From a virus: DNA of 64,000 bases. The notes below the pieces were generated by a model. It ran no database searches. It worked only from the letters and a program-made list of their open reading frames with translations, and had not been told where the DNA came from. Every line of letters starts with the position of its first letter. Positions within the stretch are counted from its first letter, which is position 1. The position numbers and the translations under genes are program-made. Of this stretch, positions 1 through 10,200 are shown in pieces. The stretch lies in IMG/VR virus record IMGVR_UViG_3300027749_000046, one strand, 5' to 3'.

Positions 1-1883
1 GTGATGGATACGCTGCCGCCTAGAGTAGTGCTGCCATTTACAGAGAGCTTATCTGCGGGAGCGCTGTTACCTATTCCAAAGTTACCATTTGATACGTGGA
101 ATGCGGCAGTTCCAATAGTCACAGTATTCGTACTAGAAGTTAAGTTTGCAGCTGATAGCGCATTATTAACAATTAATGAGTTAGCTGTTAATGCGCCTTC
201 AACACGAAGTTTATCTGTAGGCGCACTGTTACCTATGCCAACGTTGCCGTTAGATACAAAGTAAGAGCCCGTGCCGATTGTTACTGTGTTTGTCTGAACA
301 TATAATGAAGCAGCATTTACGACAGTTGAGTTAGCGCTAAAGCTAGTTGAGTTCACACCGCTGGTGTTTACTGATGTAGCACCAATAGTTAATGCGATTG
401 ATGTGAGGTTTGCGATGGTAGTCGAGTTTGCGACTTGAACTTGAGTGCCTGAGATATTCGTATTAACGGTCGTGTTAGTTCCAACAACAAGCTGAGTGGT
501 GCTCAAGAATACGTTGCTGCTTGGACCTACTGCCGTGCTATTTACGTATGCGGTGCCTATTACTAGGTTTGCCGCAGAGAGATTAGCAGTAGAAGTAGAG
601 TTGGTAACTTGAAACAACGTGTTGTTTACTGTGGCGTTTGTACCAAGAAAAAGAGTATTCGCTAAAGTTACGTTGTTTGTTGCCTTCGCGAATGTAAAGC
701 CAGCTGCACCAGCGAGAGTACCACCGTCGTTGTACTGCATCTGAGTTGTACTGCCGGCAACCGTTGCGGCTGCCGAAGACCAGTATACAGTTCCCGTGCT
801 ACCGCCCGATGCGAGTACCTGACCTGCAGTGCCTATAGTTCCGTTTGTCTGTATTGTATTACCGGAAAGAACTAAGTTGGCAGCAAGCGTAGTACTACCA
901 CCAATGTACATCGCTCCGGATACGTTCGCGGTGCCAGTTACTTGGAGCTTTGCATTAGGGTTTGTGTTGCCTATACCGACGTTTGCTCCCGCATCGATGC
1001 GCATCACCTCATTTGTAGCGAGGGTACCGTTGGCAAAGAACTGAATTGACTTGGCTGAGGCCGTACCGATAGCCATGGTGCCATTGGCAGCATAAAGATA
1101 TCCATCGTCTGCGCCGTTGATCGTCCACGTGGTATTTGACCATCCAGAGCCGTTGATACCAAGATCGACGTAGTTAGTGGTGTCGGTGTAGTTGTCCGCA
1201 TTTATAATATAATCAGCAGAAGAAGAAGGTCCGGTGTTACTGTTGGTGAGCTGCACCTGTGCGTAGTTGTTAGCGTTTCCGTGCCAGTGCTGAAGCTGCT
1301 GGCCGCCGCCGGTTACATATCCCAACTGCACGTTGACGGAAGAATTACCAACCGTAATAGCGCCGGTTATGTAGTCGTAATTAAAGTTAGAGGCACCGGT
1401 GTTTATACCGCTGTTATTGAACAAGAAGTTGCCGTTCGCTCCAACCGCGGCACCTGTTCTACCGGCGACGTATGTGACGATAGAAGCAGAAGTGACGATC
1501 TCATTGCCTGTGCCGCCACCAGAAGTATTACTTCCTATAACAGACGAGTTAGCAAAGCTAGATACGGAGTTGATGAGAGGCGCAGTTATTGTACCAGAAG
1601 AAGTTGTCTGAATAACAAGACCCTGCGTGTACACGCTTGAGTTAAACGAGTTTGAATCGAGTATGACCACCGCGTTTGCGGTCTGGACACCTGGATTTCC
1701 TGCGTTATCTAGGTAGCCGTACTTAGAACCGCCGATCTTTAAAGCGGTTGCGCCTATACCTGTCTGAGCTCCTATGAAGAAGCTGTTAGATGCGTAAGAG
1801 TAAGCCAGCTCACCAGCGTTTAGCGTAGTTGTAGGAGTAGAAGTACTACTACTTCTTTTTATCTGAATAAGATTATTGGCCAT
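1..1883 (-). CDS. Tail fibre protein (N-terminal part; runs off the window edge)
   Basis: Missing from the ORF track because there is no stop in the window. ATG at 1883 reads MANNLIQIKRSSSTSTPTTTLNAGELAYSY, an IQIKRS...GELAY N-terminus typical of fibres, followed by repeated GIGN/VGIAN...KLxVxG beta motifs. Late-promoter-like AATAAATA lies upstream. Confidence 0.8.
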   Translation of the reverse strand, partial: MANNLIQIKRSSSTSTPTTTLNAGELAYSYASNSFFIGAQTGIGATALKIGGSKYGYLDNAGNPGVQTANAVVILDSNSFNSSVYTQGLVIQTTSSGTITAPLINSVSSFANSSVIGSNTSGGGTGNEIVTSASIVTYVAGRTGAAVGANGNFLFNNSGINTGASNFNYDYITGAITVGNSSVNVQLGYVTGGGQQLQHWHGNANNYAQVQLTNSNTGPSSSADYIINADNYTDTTNYVDLGINGSGWSNTTWTINGADDGYLYAANGTMAIGTASAKSIQFFANGTLATNEVMRIDAGANVGIGNTNPNAKLQVTGTANVSGAMYIGGSTTLAANLVLSGNTIQTNGTIGTAGQVLASGGSTGTVYWSSAAATVAGSTTQMQYNDGGTLAGAAGFTFAKATNNVTLANTLFLGTNATVNNTLFQVTNSTSTANLSAANLVIGTAYVNSTAVGPSSNVFLSTTQLVVGTNTTVNTNISGTQVQVANSTTIANLTSIALTIGATSVNTSGVNSTSFSANSTVVNAASLYVQTNTVTIGTGSYFVSNGNVGIGNSAPTDKLRVEGALTANSLIVNNALSAANLTSSTNTVTIGTAAFHVSNGNFGIGNSAPADKLSVNGSTTLGGSVSI

Positions 1884-1921
1884 CCTGGCGTTTCCTTTTT
1901 ATAGAACTTCTTATTATGACC

Positions 1922-1929
1922 TATTTATT
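1922..1929 (-). promoter_or_regulatory. T4-type late promoter variant (AATAAATA)
   Basis: One mismatch to TATAAATA; intergenic, upstream of the tail fibre gene. Confidence 0.55.
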
Positions 1930-1941
1930 CCAAAAAACCAC

Positions 1942-2196
1942 TCAAAAAGTACCACCATCTATATTCACGACCGTTACCGGTAATATCTTTACGTCATACT
2001 TGTTCGTTGTTGAATTGTATACTAAAGTAGATCCATTGTCAGGATTGCTCTCTACTACATCTAGAAGATTATGAACGTAGTTCTGGCTGATTTGAACTGA
2101 CTTGAGAACGAGATCTGGATTAGACTGAGTTGAGGTCAGCGAGTACGTATTTGCCTTTATTATAGTCGGACGCTGTACGGTTACCGATATAGTCAT
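1942..2196 (-). CDS. Small tail-associated hypothetical protein
   Basis: 84 aa with a C-terminal IDGGTF motif common in fibre-associated proteins; coupled to the upstream gene. Confidence 0.65.
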   Translation of the reverse strand: MTISVTVQRPTIIKANTYSLTSTQSNPDLVLKSVQISQNYVHNLLDVVESNPDNGSTLVYNSTTNKYDVKILPVTVVNIDGGTF

Positions 2197-2522
2197 TATC
2201 TAGTTACCCTGGGAGTTACTGTGACTATACCCTCTACTACTCTCGATATCGTGTTGGCTGCATCCGTGAGGAAGATATCGTAGACGTATCTTCCAGACTC
2301 TAGATTAGAAGTCTGATTCGCTGTTAGAGCTAGAGTAACGGATCCATTGCTGATATTAGCGGTGAATACAACTGTGGCATTCGAGCTGCTGTACCACTTG
2401 CGAATCTGAGAGTTGGCTGTGTAGCCAACTGTATCTAATGGATCACCATTCTCATCTTTGAGATCGACAATGGTGTTGAATGTGGTACCTTGGTCTATTA
2501 CTATGTTAGCCTTCGTAGCCAT
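2196..2522 (-). CDS. Conserved virion/baseplate-associated protein (BppU-like Ig fold)
   Basis: MATKANIVIDQGTTF...GRYVYDI...RVVEGIVTVTPRVT pattern, widespread in T4-like phages. Confidence 0.7.
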   Translation of the reverse strand: MATKANIVIDQGTTFNTIVDLKDENGDPLDTVGYTANSQIRKWYSSSNATVVFTANISNGSVTLALTANQTSNLESGRYVYDIFLTDAANTISRVVEGIVTVTPRVTR

Positions 2523-2526
2523 ATTT

Positions 2527-3156
2527 TTACACCGATACTAGAGTCTTGCTTATAATGAGATTTGTGTTCGTAGAAGTTGGAGTGAATAGTATGTTTACGT
2601 TTCCTGAAGCTATATTAGCAGAGAACGTTCCAATGGTGTTGTTGCTCAGTAGAGTCGCGTACTCTGTCAAGTAGACATTACCACCGCTCTGTAGAACCAG
2701 TATCTCAGTCGTCTGGTAGTTATTGACTACGTTATCGTCCACGCTTATGACATACTTTCCAGATCTATAGGTGCTGGTGCTGAAAGTGTCGATAGATACA
2801 GTAGAAGTTCCTGTAGTTGCAACGTTAGAAGACGCCATGTAAGTTAGGCCTTGACCTATGGTCAGGCTACCGTTTACAGATACAGTGTTACCTGTAAAAT
2901 TCGTGTTTGATAGAACACTGATCGCGGCGTTTGTCTGTACATTTCCGCCCCTGATACTAGTTGCGGCGATGGTATTTGAGCTAAAGATTCCGCTGACAAA
3001 TGCATTGCCCGAGGTGAGATCGCCGTTTGCAGTAAGTCCCGCGGTAACGACCACTGTGGTCAGTGCTGAAATGGCGTTATTTGTCTTTGCTATCCATCCC
3101 GTGAAAGTATCAGATGAGACATTTACTGATGGGAGTACTGCTGTGTTAACTGCCAT
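2527..3156 (-). CDS. Tail-fibre-associated structural protein
   Basis: DTFTGWIAKTN N-terminus; C-terminal IDTF...YRSGKY...YQTTEILV...YLTEYA domain seen in T4-like fibre proteins. Confidence 0.65.
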   Translation of the reverse strand: MAVNTAVLPSVNVSSDTFTGWIAKTNNAISALTTVVVTAGLTANGDLTSGNAFVSGIFSSNTIAATSIRGGNVQTNAAISVLSNTNFTGNTVSVNGSLTIGQGLTYMASSNVATTGTSTVSIDTFSTSTYRSGKYVISVDDNVVNNYQTTEILVLQSGGNVYLTEYATLLSNNTIGTFSANIASGNVNILFTPTSTNTNLIISKTLVSV

Positions 3157-3367
3157 TATTTACCGCCTGTGCTATTATTCTTAACATGTCTTTTATCTCA
3201 GAGACATCACCCTTTAGAGTATTCATCTCTGATCTTAGATTATTAAGCTCAACTGCCCTGTTTATCTGTTCTCTATACAATTTGAGCTCATCCATATTCA
3301 TATTTATAACGGCGTTTGTGCTCATATCTCGCATCAAACCTGGAACGTTAGTCTTAGCGTATTTCAT
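3146..3367 (-). CDS. Small coiled-coil hypothetical protein
   Basis: 73 aa, PGLMRDMSTNAVIN followed by a coiled coil; typical neighbour of VrlC-like genes. Confidence 0.7.
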   Translation of the reverse strand: MKYAKTNVPGLMRDMSTNAVINMNMDELKLYREQINRAVELNNLRSEMNTLKGDVSEIKDMLRIIAQAVNNGS

Positions 3368-6300
3368 TATGCAGAGACACCTATAGCTCTTATACTCGCC
3401 ACCATCGGCACGACAGATGGGTATTTAGCGAGCAATACAATCTTAAACTGCATTGTATCATAAGTATCAAACGTAACGTTATTGCCGTTGTAGTATCTCA
3501 CGACATTGTTGTTGTTCTTATTTGTGAAAGCTTGATACGGAGTACCACGCGCCGTGACATATCCAGTTGACGACAGCGCCTCTGCTCTGCCTACCAGCGA
3601 TATATTCAGTCCCGAGCCAACTACGCCGTACTGAGTTAGTACTGAATCGTTGATGTTAATAGAGGTATCGCTGTCTATAGTATTGACCACCGCTATCTGA
3701 TAGTTAGTAGGAAATAGAGGTGATGAGATCTTAACGATATCGCCTACCCTGTAGTCCAGACCAAACGTAGTTCCAATTCCAACTATATTCGTGCTGCCGT
3801 TTGCGGCTGTAACTACTCCCTGAGAAGTAAATACTACTGGCGGAGATGCAGGAAAGCCAAGCTGGTACTCTACTATATTTGATAGGTCTGTCGAGCTCGA
3901 GTATCTACTCTGGTTGGTCTTGTACTCTAGAAGCGTCCAGTCTTTATCATCGAATGGTTCTGGATCGTCTTTATTGTGAATCTTTACGTATACATACACG
4001 TCTGTATCTATAGGGCGATACGCATTTACATATGCTACGACGTCTTCTGCCGACTGATTATTAGCAAAATTTATCTTTGTAGTTATGTGCTTGGCTACTG
4101 CGTTACCGTGTCTAGTATTCTCAAGTGTCGCGTCATTGTTGATGTAGTACGAAGCGGCATACACGTCCGCATAAGAAGTAACGGGCACCTCGAAGTCGTT
4201 ATTTGAGGTGGCAGTAATCGTAAGAACAGTCTTGTTGTTTGCAGTCAGAGATCCGTTGTTAGCTATAACGACACCCTCTTGATATACCTCATTTGATCTC
4301 GACATAACCATGAGCGTGTTGCCAAAGTTAGTAAGAGTATTGGCACTTGGGTTAATAGTCAAACCGACTGGAGTCGGATGGTCTATACCATTATAGCCAC
4401 CATAGGTTACCGTACCATTTGAAGCTCTAAACCAAGGGGTAGAATACTTTATATCTATAGATAAAATACTCTTGGATTTATTAGTACTAACCGAAGGCAC
4501 TAACTTGCTTAGTTCTTGATCTACCATAACGGTATTACTGAATACTATACCGCTGTGCTCAGAACGCAGGGTAGAACCAACACTGAAGAAGAGATTAGCA
4601 CCCGTACCGCTTGATGCAGCATTAGATGAATTCTTTATGTTGTACTTCACATTTGTGACTGTGTCGTAGCTGTAGAATCCATATCCAGGATTAGTTATCG
4701 AGGTGTTAACAATAGCACCTGTGTTATTTGTTATTACGTTTGCGTAGGCGTTGACTGATTTAGAATATCCATTACCCGCGTATATCTCGATGAAGTCTGT
4801 GTTTGAGTATCCGGATCCAGTAGCGCTCTCTGTGTTTGCTCCTGGCGTGAGAGTGAGAACTGACGCGCTGTTTGCATACACGAACTGACCGGCAGATGAA
4901 GTTATGATATCGCCTATGTCTACAAACTGAGTGAGAGCAGTTCCGACGAACGTATTAGAACCAAATCCCATGCCCCTCAGAACTGCTTGTCTTCCGTTCT
5001 TCTTTGTGAGATTCGCAGGCATATCTCTCAGAGACCAGTTTATACCATCTGTTGATACCATGGTGTAAGAAGCGTGCTTTGTACCCATTCCGCCGGAAGC
5101 CATGAACACGCCGTCGCCGTATGTAACTCCGAATAGATATGAAACGCTTTTCTCAGGTGTAACGGCCCTGAATGTCCAGGTAGATCCGTCCGAAGACGTC
5201 TGTATTCCGGCTGTTCCTACAGCCACGAATAGACCATTTCCATAAGCTACGTCAAAGAACTGACCGATAGGTCCTGCGGTATCTCTAGTAGCAACTGTCC
5301 ATGTAGTTCCATTTGTAGACTTAACGAAATTATTATCGCCTACTGCAACGTATACTCCATTTCCATAGGCTGCACCCCTGAGTGCTCCATCTGTATTTGA
5401 AGTTGCCCAAGAGCGCTGAGTCCAAGTTATAGTATCTGTAGAAGATAAGACATAAGATCTTATTCTATCGTATCCAAACCGTCCAACTGCAATGTACACA
5501 CCGTTTCCATAAGCAGCTCCTCTAAGAGTATAGAGACCATCTTGATTAGGAGTTGTGGCTTGAGTCCATGTAACTGCGTTGTTTGTAGAGGTCCAGATAT
5601 TGCTGCTTCCGCCGACAGCAAAGAAAATTCCATTACCATATGAAACCGCATAGAAAGATGTATTAGAAGAAGTATTCTGATATCTCGATGTCCAAGTAGC
5701 TGCATTATTAGAAGACTGAATTGTTAGGTTCTCACCGACTGCGACAAACGCGCCGTTGCCGTATTGCACGTCGTACATCGGTGTAGAGACCGCGCCGTTA
5801 GACACAGCAAATATATTCTGGTAAGAGACTATAGGAAGATTGAGTGAGATGTACTCGATTGTATTGTTGACAAATCTAACTGTCGAGTTTGCATTGGAGT
5901 TTGTCATATAGAATGCGTCGTACAGCTTCTTCACGCCATCGAGAGGCGGAGAATCCAGCTGATCATAGTCCCAGTCAGGCGGATGATGGAAGCGATTATC
6001 AGCAAAGTAGAACTGACCAACTGGAGATATACACATCTTAGCGGTGTTATCTGAGAATGTAGGGTTAGTATCTACGGTAATCTGTGTGTTCGAGTCGATG
6101 CTGACAATCTTTCTTACGTCTGTATCGCTTCTATACGGGTCATACTGCCAAGAGCCGGTTGGATACTTGAACTTAGGCCTGTTATTGAAAGATCTGGTGT
6201 CAGTCCCCATATAGTTATTTTGAACGAGGACGATGTACATGTCGTTGTTTGGATTAGCCTTATACAGGCTGTTGAAGTTTATACTGCCGTCACTCTTGAT

Positions 6301-7131
6301 GATACGCGAGCTGGAATTTACTATGAGATTACCCGGTACGATAGGAGTAACCTGATAGATAAGATCGCCTGATGCTATGTCTCCATCCTTATATCCAACG
6401 GTAGTTATCTGTGAGTTTCCACCGTTCTTTGAGTATCTTCCACCTGCAGTTTCATAGGAGTTATATCTGTCATATACTACGAATTCTTGTGGATTCTTAT
6501 TTTTTATGAAAGACACAGTGTATGGATTAACAGCGGCGTTTGCGCCTGATGTAGATATATTATATCTTCCAACATACGCCGTGAACATAAGATCTTCGTT
6601 AGTTACTGGAATCCAGTCTATTCCAACGCCGCCAGATCCCTTCTTGTACTCGTAGTAGGCGCCGATGTTTCTTGCAAAAGATCCAGGCGACTTGGTGCTC
6701 GTTCCAACTATAACGTCATTCTGTCTGCATGTCCAGAGAAAGAAGTCTTCATTTCCATCGTAGGCTATGACAAATGCATACATGGCGCCTGTTGTAGCTA
6801 CAACTGGATTGTTGAACTTAAAGTTTGTCTTTACCCAGTTTGCCTGAGGTGTCGTTGGCGCGTTAATATTAATTCCAGCATACTCAACTCGAGCCACACC
6901 GTATCTGTCTATGTTATCAAGATCTGGTACGCTGTTGCCCTTGGTAGGAACAAAATAGACAGTAACACCGGGATTTGTAATACCAGATTTATTATTGGTG
7001 GCAGTTGGTTTTGCCTCAAAATACAGATCTACGCTAGTAACAATCACTTGCTCTGCATTCTGTACCACAGAGCTATCAATATAGAAAGTCTGTGCCAGAT
7101 TAAATAGTGTAGGCGCTGGTACCGTCATCAA
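3367..7131 (-). CDS. Large virion structural protein (VrlC-like C-terminal region) with inserted YGNG-repeat propeller
   Basis: LAQTFYI...SVDLYFEAKP start; FKIVLL...SIRAIG end; internal YGNGxFVAVG repeats. Confidence 0.75.
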   Translation of the reverse strand: MMTVPAPTLFNLAQTFYIDSSVVQNAEQVIVTSVDLYFEAKPTATNNKSGITNPGVTVYFVPTKGNSVPDLDNIDRYGVARVEYAGININAPTTPQANWVKTNFKFNNPVVATTGAMYAFVIAYDGNEDFFLWTCRQNDVIVGTSTKSPGSFARNIGAYYEYKKGSGGVGIDWIPVTNEDLMFTAYVGRYNISTSGANAAVNPYTVSFIKNKNPQEFVVYDRYNSYETAGGRYSKNGGNSQITTVGYKDGDIASGDLIYQVTPIVPGNLIVNSSSRIIKSDGSINFNSLYKANPNNDMYIVLVQNNYMGTDTRSFNNRPKFKYPTGSWQYDPYRSDTDVRKIVSIDSNTQITVDTNPTFSDNTAKMCISPVGQFYFADNRFHHPPDWDYDQLDSPPLDGVKKLYDAFYMTNSNANSTVRFVNNTIEYISLNLPIVSYQNIFAVSNGAVSTPMYDVQYGNGAFVAVGENLTIQSSNNAATWTSRYQNTSSNTSFYAVSYGNGIFFAVGGSSNIWTSTNNAVTWTQATTPNQDGLYTLRGAAYGNGVYIAVGRFGYDRIRSYVLSSTDTITWTQRSWATSNTDGALRGAAYGNGVYVAVGDNNFVKSTNGTTWTVATRDTAGPIGQFFDVAYGNGLFVAVGTAGIQTSSDGSTWTFRAVTPEKSVSYLFGVTYGDGVFMASGGMGTKHASYTMVSTDGINWSLRDMPANLTKKNGRQAVLRGMGFGSNTFVGTALTQFVDIGDIITSSAGQFVYANSASVLTLTPGANTESATGSGYSNTDFIEIYAGNGYSKSVNAYANVITNNTGAIVNTSITNPGYGFYSYDTVTNVKYNIKNSSNAASSGTGANLFFSVGSTLRSEHSGIVFSNTVMVDQELSKLVPSVSTNKSKSILSIDIKYSTPWFRASNGTVTYGGYNGIDHPTPVGLTINPSANTLTNFGNTLMVMSRSNEVYQEGVVIANNGSLTANNKTVLTITATSNNDFEVPVTSYADVYAASYYINNDATLENTRHGNAVAKHITTKINFANNQSAEDVVAYVNAYRPIDTDVYVYVKIHNKDDPEPFDDKDWTLLEYKTNQSRYSSSTDLSNIVEYQLGFPASPPVVFTSQGVVTAANGSTNIVGIGTTFGLDYRVGDIVKISSPLFPTNYQIAVVNTIDSDTSININDSVLTQYGVVGSGLNISLVGRAEALSSTGYVTARGTPYQAFTNKNNNNVVRYYNGNNVTFDTYDTMQFKIVLLAKYPSVVPMVASIRAIGVSA

Positions 7132-7158
7132 TAATTTCCTCTTAATTAGAACTATTTG

Positions 7159-7166
7159 TATTTATT
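7159..7166 (-). promoter_or_regulatory. Late promoter variant (AATAAATA)
   Basis: Intergenic, about 30 nt upstream of ORF 3367..7131. Confidence 0.5.
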
Positions 7167-7200
7167 GCGCGTTCAGATGATTATTCAAAAGTAGACGCTA

Positions 7201-10200
7201 TCAAGTGTCATCGCCTTCACCTACAGCAGTTCCAAGTCCATTTTCTTGGTTTGCAAATCCATAATCAGTTTTATTATCTTGACTATTATTCTCAGGTCCG
7301 CGATTATCCCATGCTCGGCCATTGTCACCAAGACCATTAGAAGTTTCTTCAGGAGGTGGCGGTAGAGGAGCGAGTCTAGTCGCGGGAAGACTAAATGCAC
7401 CTACAGAAGAATTATCGCTGCTCTTAACTAGAACTACCTTTTTTGTAGGATTGACATTTGTATTCTTATACAGATTATTATATGCGTACTCATCTATATT
7501 AATCATGATAAAGAAATTTGCACTGCCGCTGGCATCAGTCTGCACTTGATCTGTAACTTGACTTACCGATGTGCTTGCTGGTAGACTATCGCTCGATAGA
7601 AGTATAGCTGAGTTTGACAGTAGCTTATCATCTAGGTATATGCTGTGCTTTGTAAGAGGCTTGAGACTCTTCATCTTTATACTTACTTTTTGTCCGTACC
7701 AGATTAGAGCATTCTTATTGTCATATCTTGGTATCACTAAAGTATCAGGATCTACACTTACAGCAACGCCATTATAGATAGTAGCATCAATACCGCCCTT
7801 TGTAGCCCCAGTTGCTATATTCTGAGATACAACGCTGTACTCTTGGATATACGTAATTTTATTATTTCCGGTGTGATTTATGAGCACAGGAAGATCTGCC
7901 GGCGTGATCATACCATTTGATACTCTGGCATTATACTCGACATTATTAATATCGGTAAATGAGTAGTTTGAGAATGTATCTGTAAAGAACCCAAACTTAA
8001 ATCTATTGATACTTGGAGAAATAGAGCTCGGTATGGTAGTGTCTTTTATAGAAGTTTCCAACATCGTAAGACCAGTGTAGTACTCTAATGCGCGTATTCT
8101 TTTCTCAAGAGTTCCTATGTCTCGCATAGTATAAGCTATTGGCTGTATGCTATTTCTATTGGAGACATAGTTAGTCGTAATAGAGTGATTTTGTGATCTA
8201 ATGAAACTGTATTTCTCAGTTGCTATTCTCGTGTTAATAATATTATTAAGATTTGTAGATCTATGCAGGGGTATAGATGGATACGGCGGATTAACAACGT
8301 TACTTATAACCATAGTATTGCTTGGCGTACGAGGATTTGGTAGGCGTGTTCCCTCAGCGCTCTGGCCTTTGACTAGAGATATCTTTCCAGTAGTATCAAC
8401 TATCACGTTATCTCTTCTTCCTAAGAAGTGAGACTGATTGAAAGTTACGCCTGAACCCGGTACCGGAAATTTCTTATCAGACGTATAACTACCGAACGAT
8501 AGACTATATACTGGATTTACGTTTGCAGCAGCTGCATTGCTAGTTATCACAGCGGTGTTTACTGCGCTCGGTCTAAAGTCTATCTGGTCGATCAAATCAT
8601 AGTATCTTCCACTCGAAGCGTACATCTCAGGTATCTCAAGCGTATTATAGCTGGACCCAATACTCGACAAGTTCGATGAGTCAGTTGAGAACCGCGTGCT
8701 CAAGTTGGCGCTGACGTAAGATGATACCGTGTGTAGACTTCCGGCTGTCGTAGAGGCGTCAAATTGAACTAGAAGCCAGTTGGTAGTAGACAGACTCAAG
8801 CTTGATGTTGACTTCTTGTGGATATAGCCAAGATCATAGAAGTCTTCATTCTGGTTGTGATCGATATAGAACTCATTGGTAACATCTGAGCTGCTGGTTG
8901 ATACGTTAGAGTTGTCTGCCAGATATACATTCTTGAGGCGGAATATATCCGGAACACCTAGGCACCAAGGTCCATTTATTCCAGCTGCGTTATTAGCTAG
9001 TCTGATCTTTACAAAGCTGTCTCTGTTAGCTGTCTTTGCGTCTGCAGCCACACCGTTTCTATTGACGTTGTAGACCACAGAGACGTTTGCTGCAGAGGTC
9101 GCTGTAGTATTAACGTTGAGACTTACCGTGAGTATAGTACCGTTTGTATTGACATTTGCTACAAAATTATCTCTCTGAAGAGCTGGAGAAGACAGAGGTA
9201 TAGCCACGTTCTTTGGAAAGTATCTCGCCATACTGGCTGCTGAGTTTGAGAAAGATAGCTTGGAGTCCACATATAGGAAGCTATTATTGACTACAGCAGT
9301 TACTTTCTTTATGTCGTATACTGTTGAGTTCGCATAGAAGTAAACATAATCGCCGGCTATGAGGCCGCTGGTGGCACTTGCAAATACAGTACTCGTTCCA
9401 TATACGTTGGATGTACCGTCTGCGTTATTTGCAGCACTGGTTACGTTTGCAGTTCCCGCGAGGTCTGGAGTTATTCTCAAGCCTGCATTGAGCGGAGTTA
9501 TGATAATATCATTCTTTTGATCAAAGGTAAGAGTAGTACCGCCTACGTATTGAAACACCTCATTGGGAGAAGAAAGAAGACTTATCTGGAGCGAACCTGT
9601 ATTTGAGAGAGTTATTCCGTTATTTACGGTTCTATAGAGATAATTTAGATTGCTCACGGCGAGAGTTGATTTTGTTCCTGTATTAAACAGCATCTTATTA
9701 ACGCCGTTTATACCTCTTACTAGATTAGCTATACTTGTATTGCTAGATGCATTATAAGCCAGTAGTACGTCGGCCACACCCTTTACGGTACCGTTGTAGT
9801 TAATACCCTTTACCGAGCTGAAGTTGGCTCCAGCAATCATATTAAGATTAAAGAGATACAGTCTATATACTGCGCCGCTGAATCCGGGAGTACCAGATAC
9901 GTGAAGCATCTGACGAATATTCGCAGTGCCAATCTTATTACCAGAGTATCCAGAAGGAGGTATTGTACCTGCAGAAATTGCCGCAGTATTAGATAGATAT
10001 CCATACGCTTTGTCATAGAGATCTATTGAATCACCCGTGCTAAACATAAAGGTGCCTGCGACTTGACTGATGTCGACGTAGTTCTCATAGGATACGTTTA
10101 TACCAGATCCATTACTCGAGCTGTAGTCGATTGCCTTGATATTATCAAATGCGTAGTTGAAGAGAGTAGATACCCTAAAGCCAGATACGTATGCAGTACC

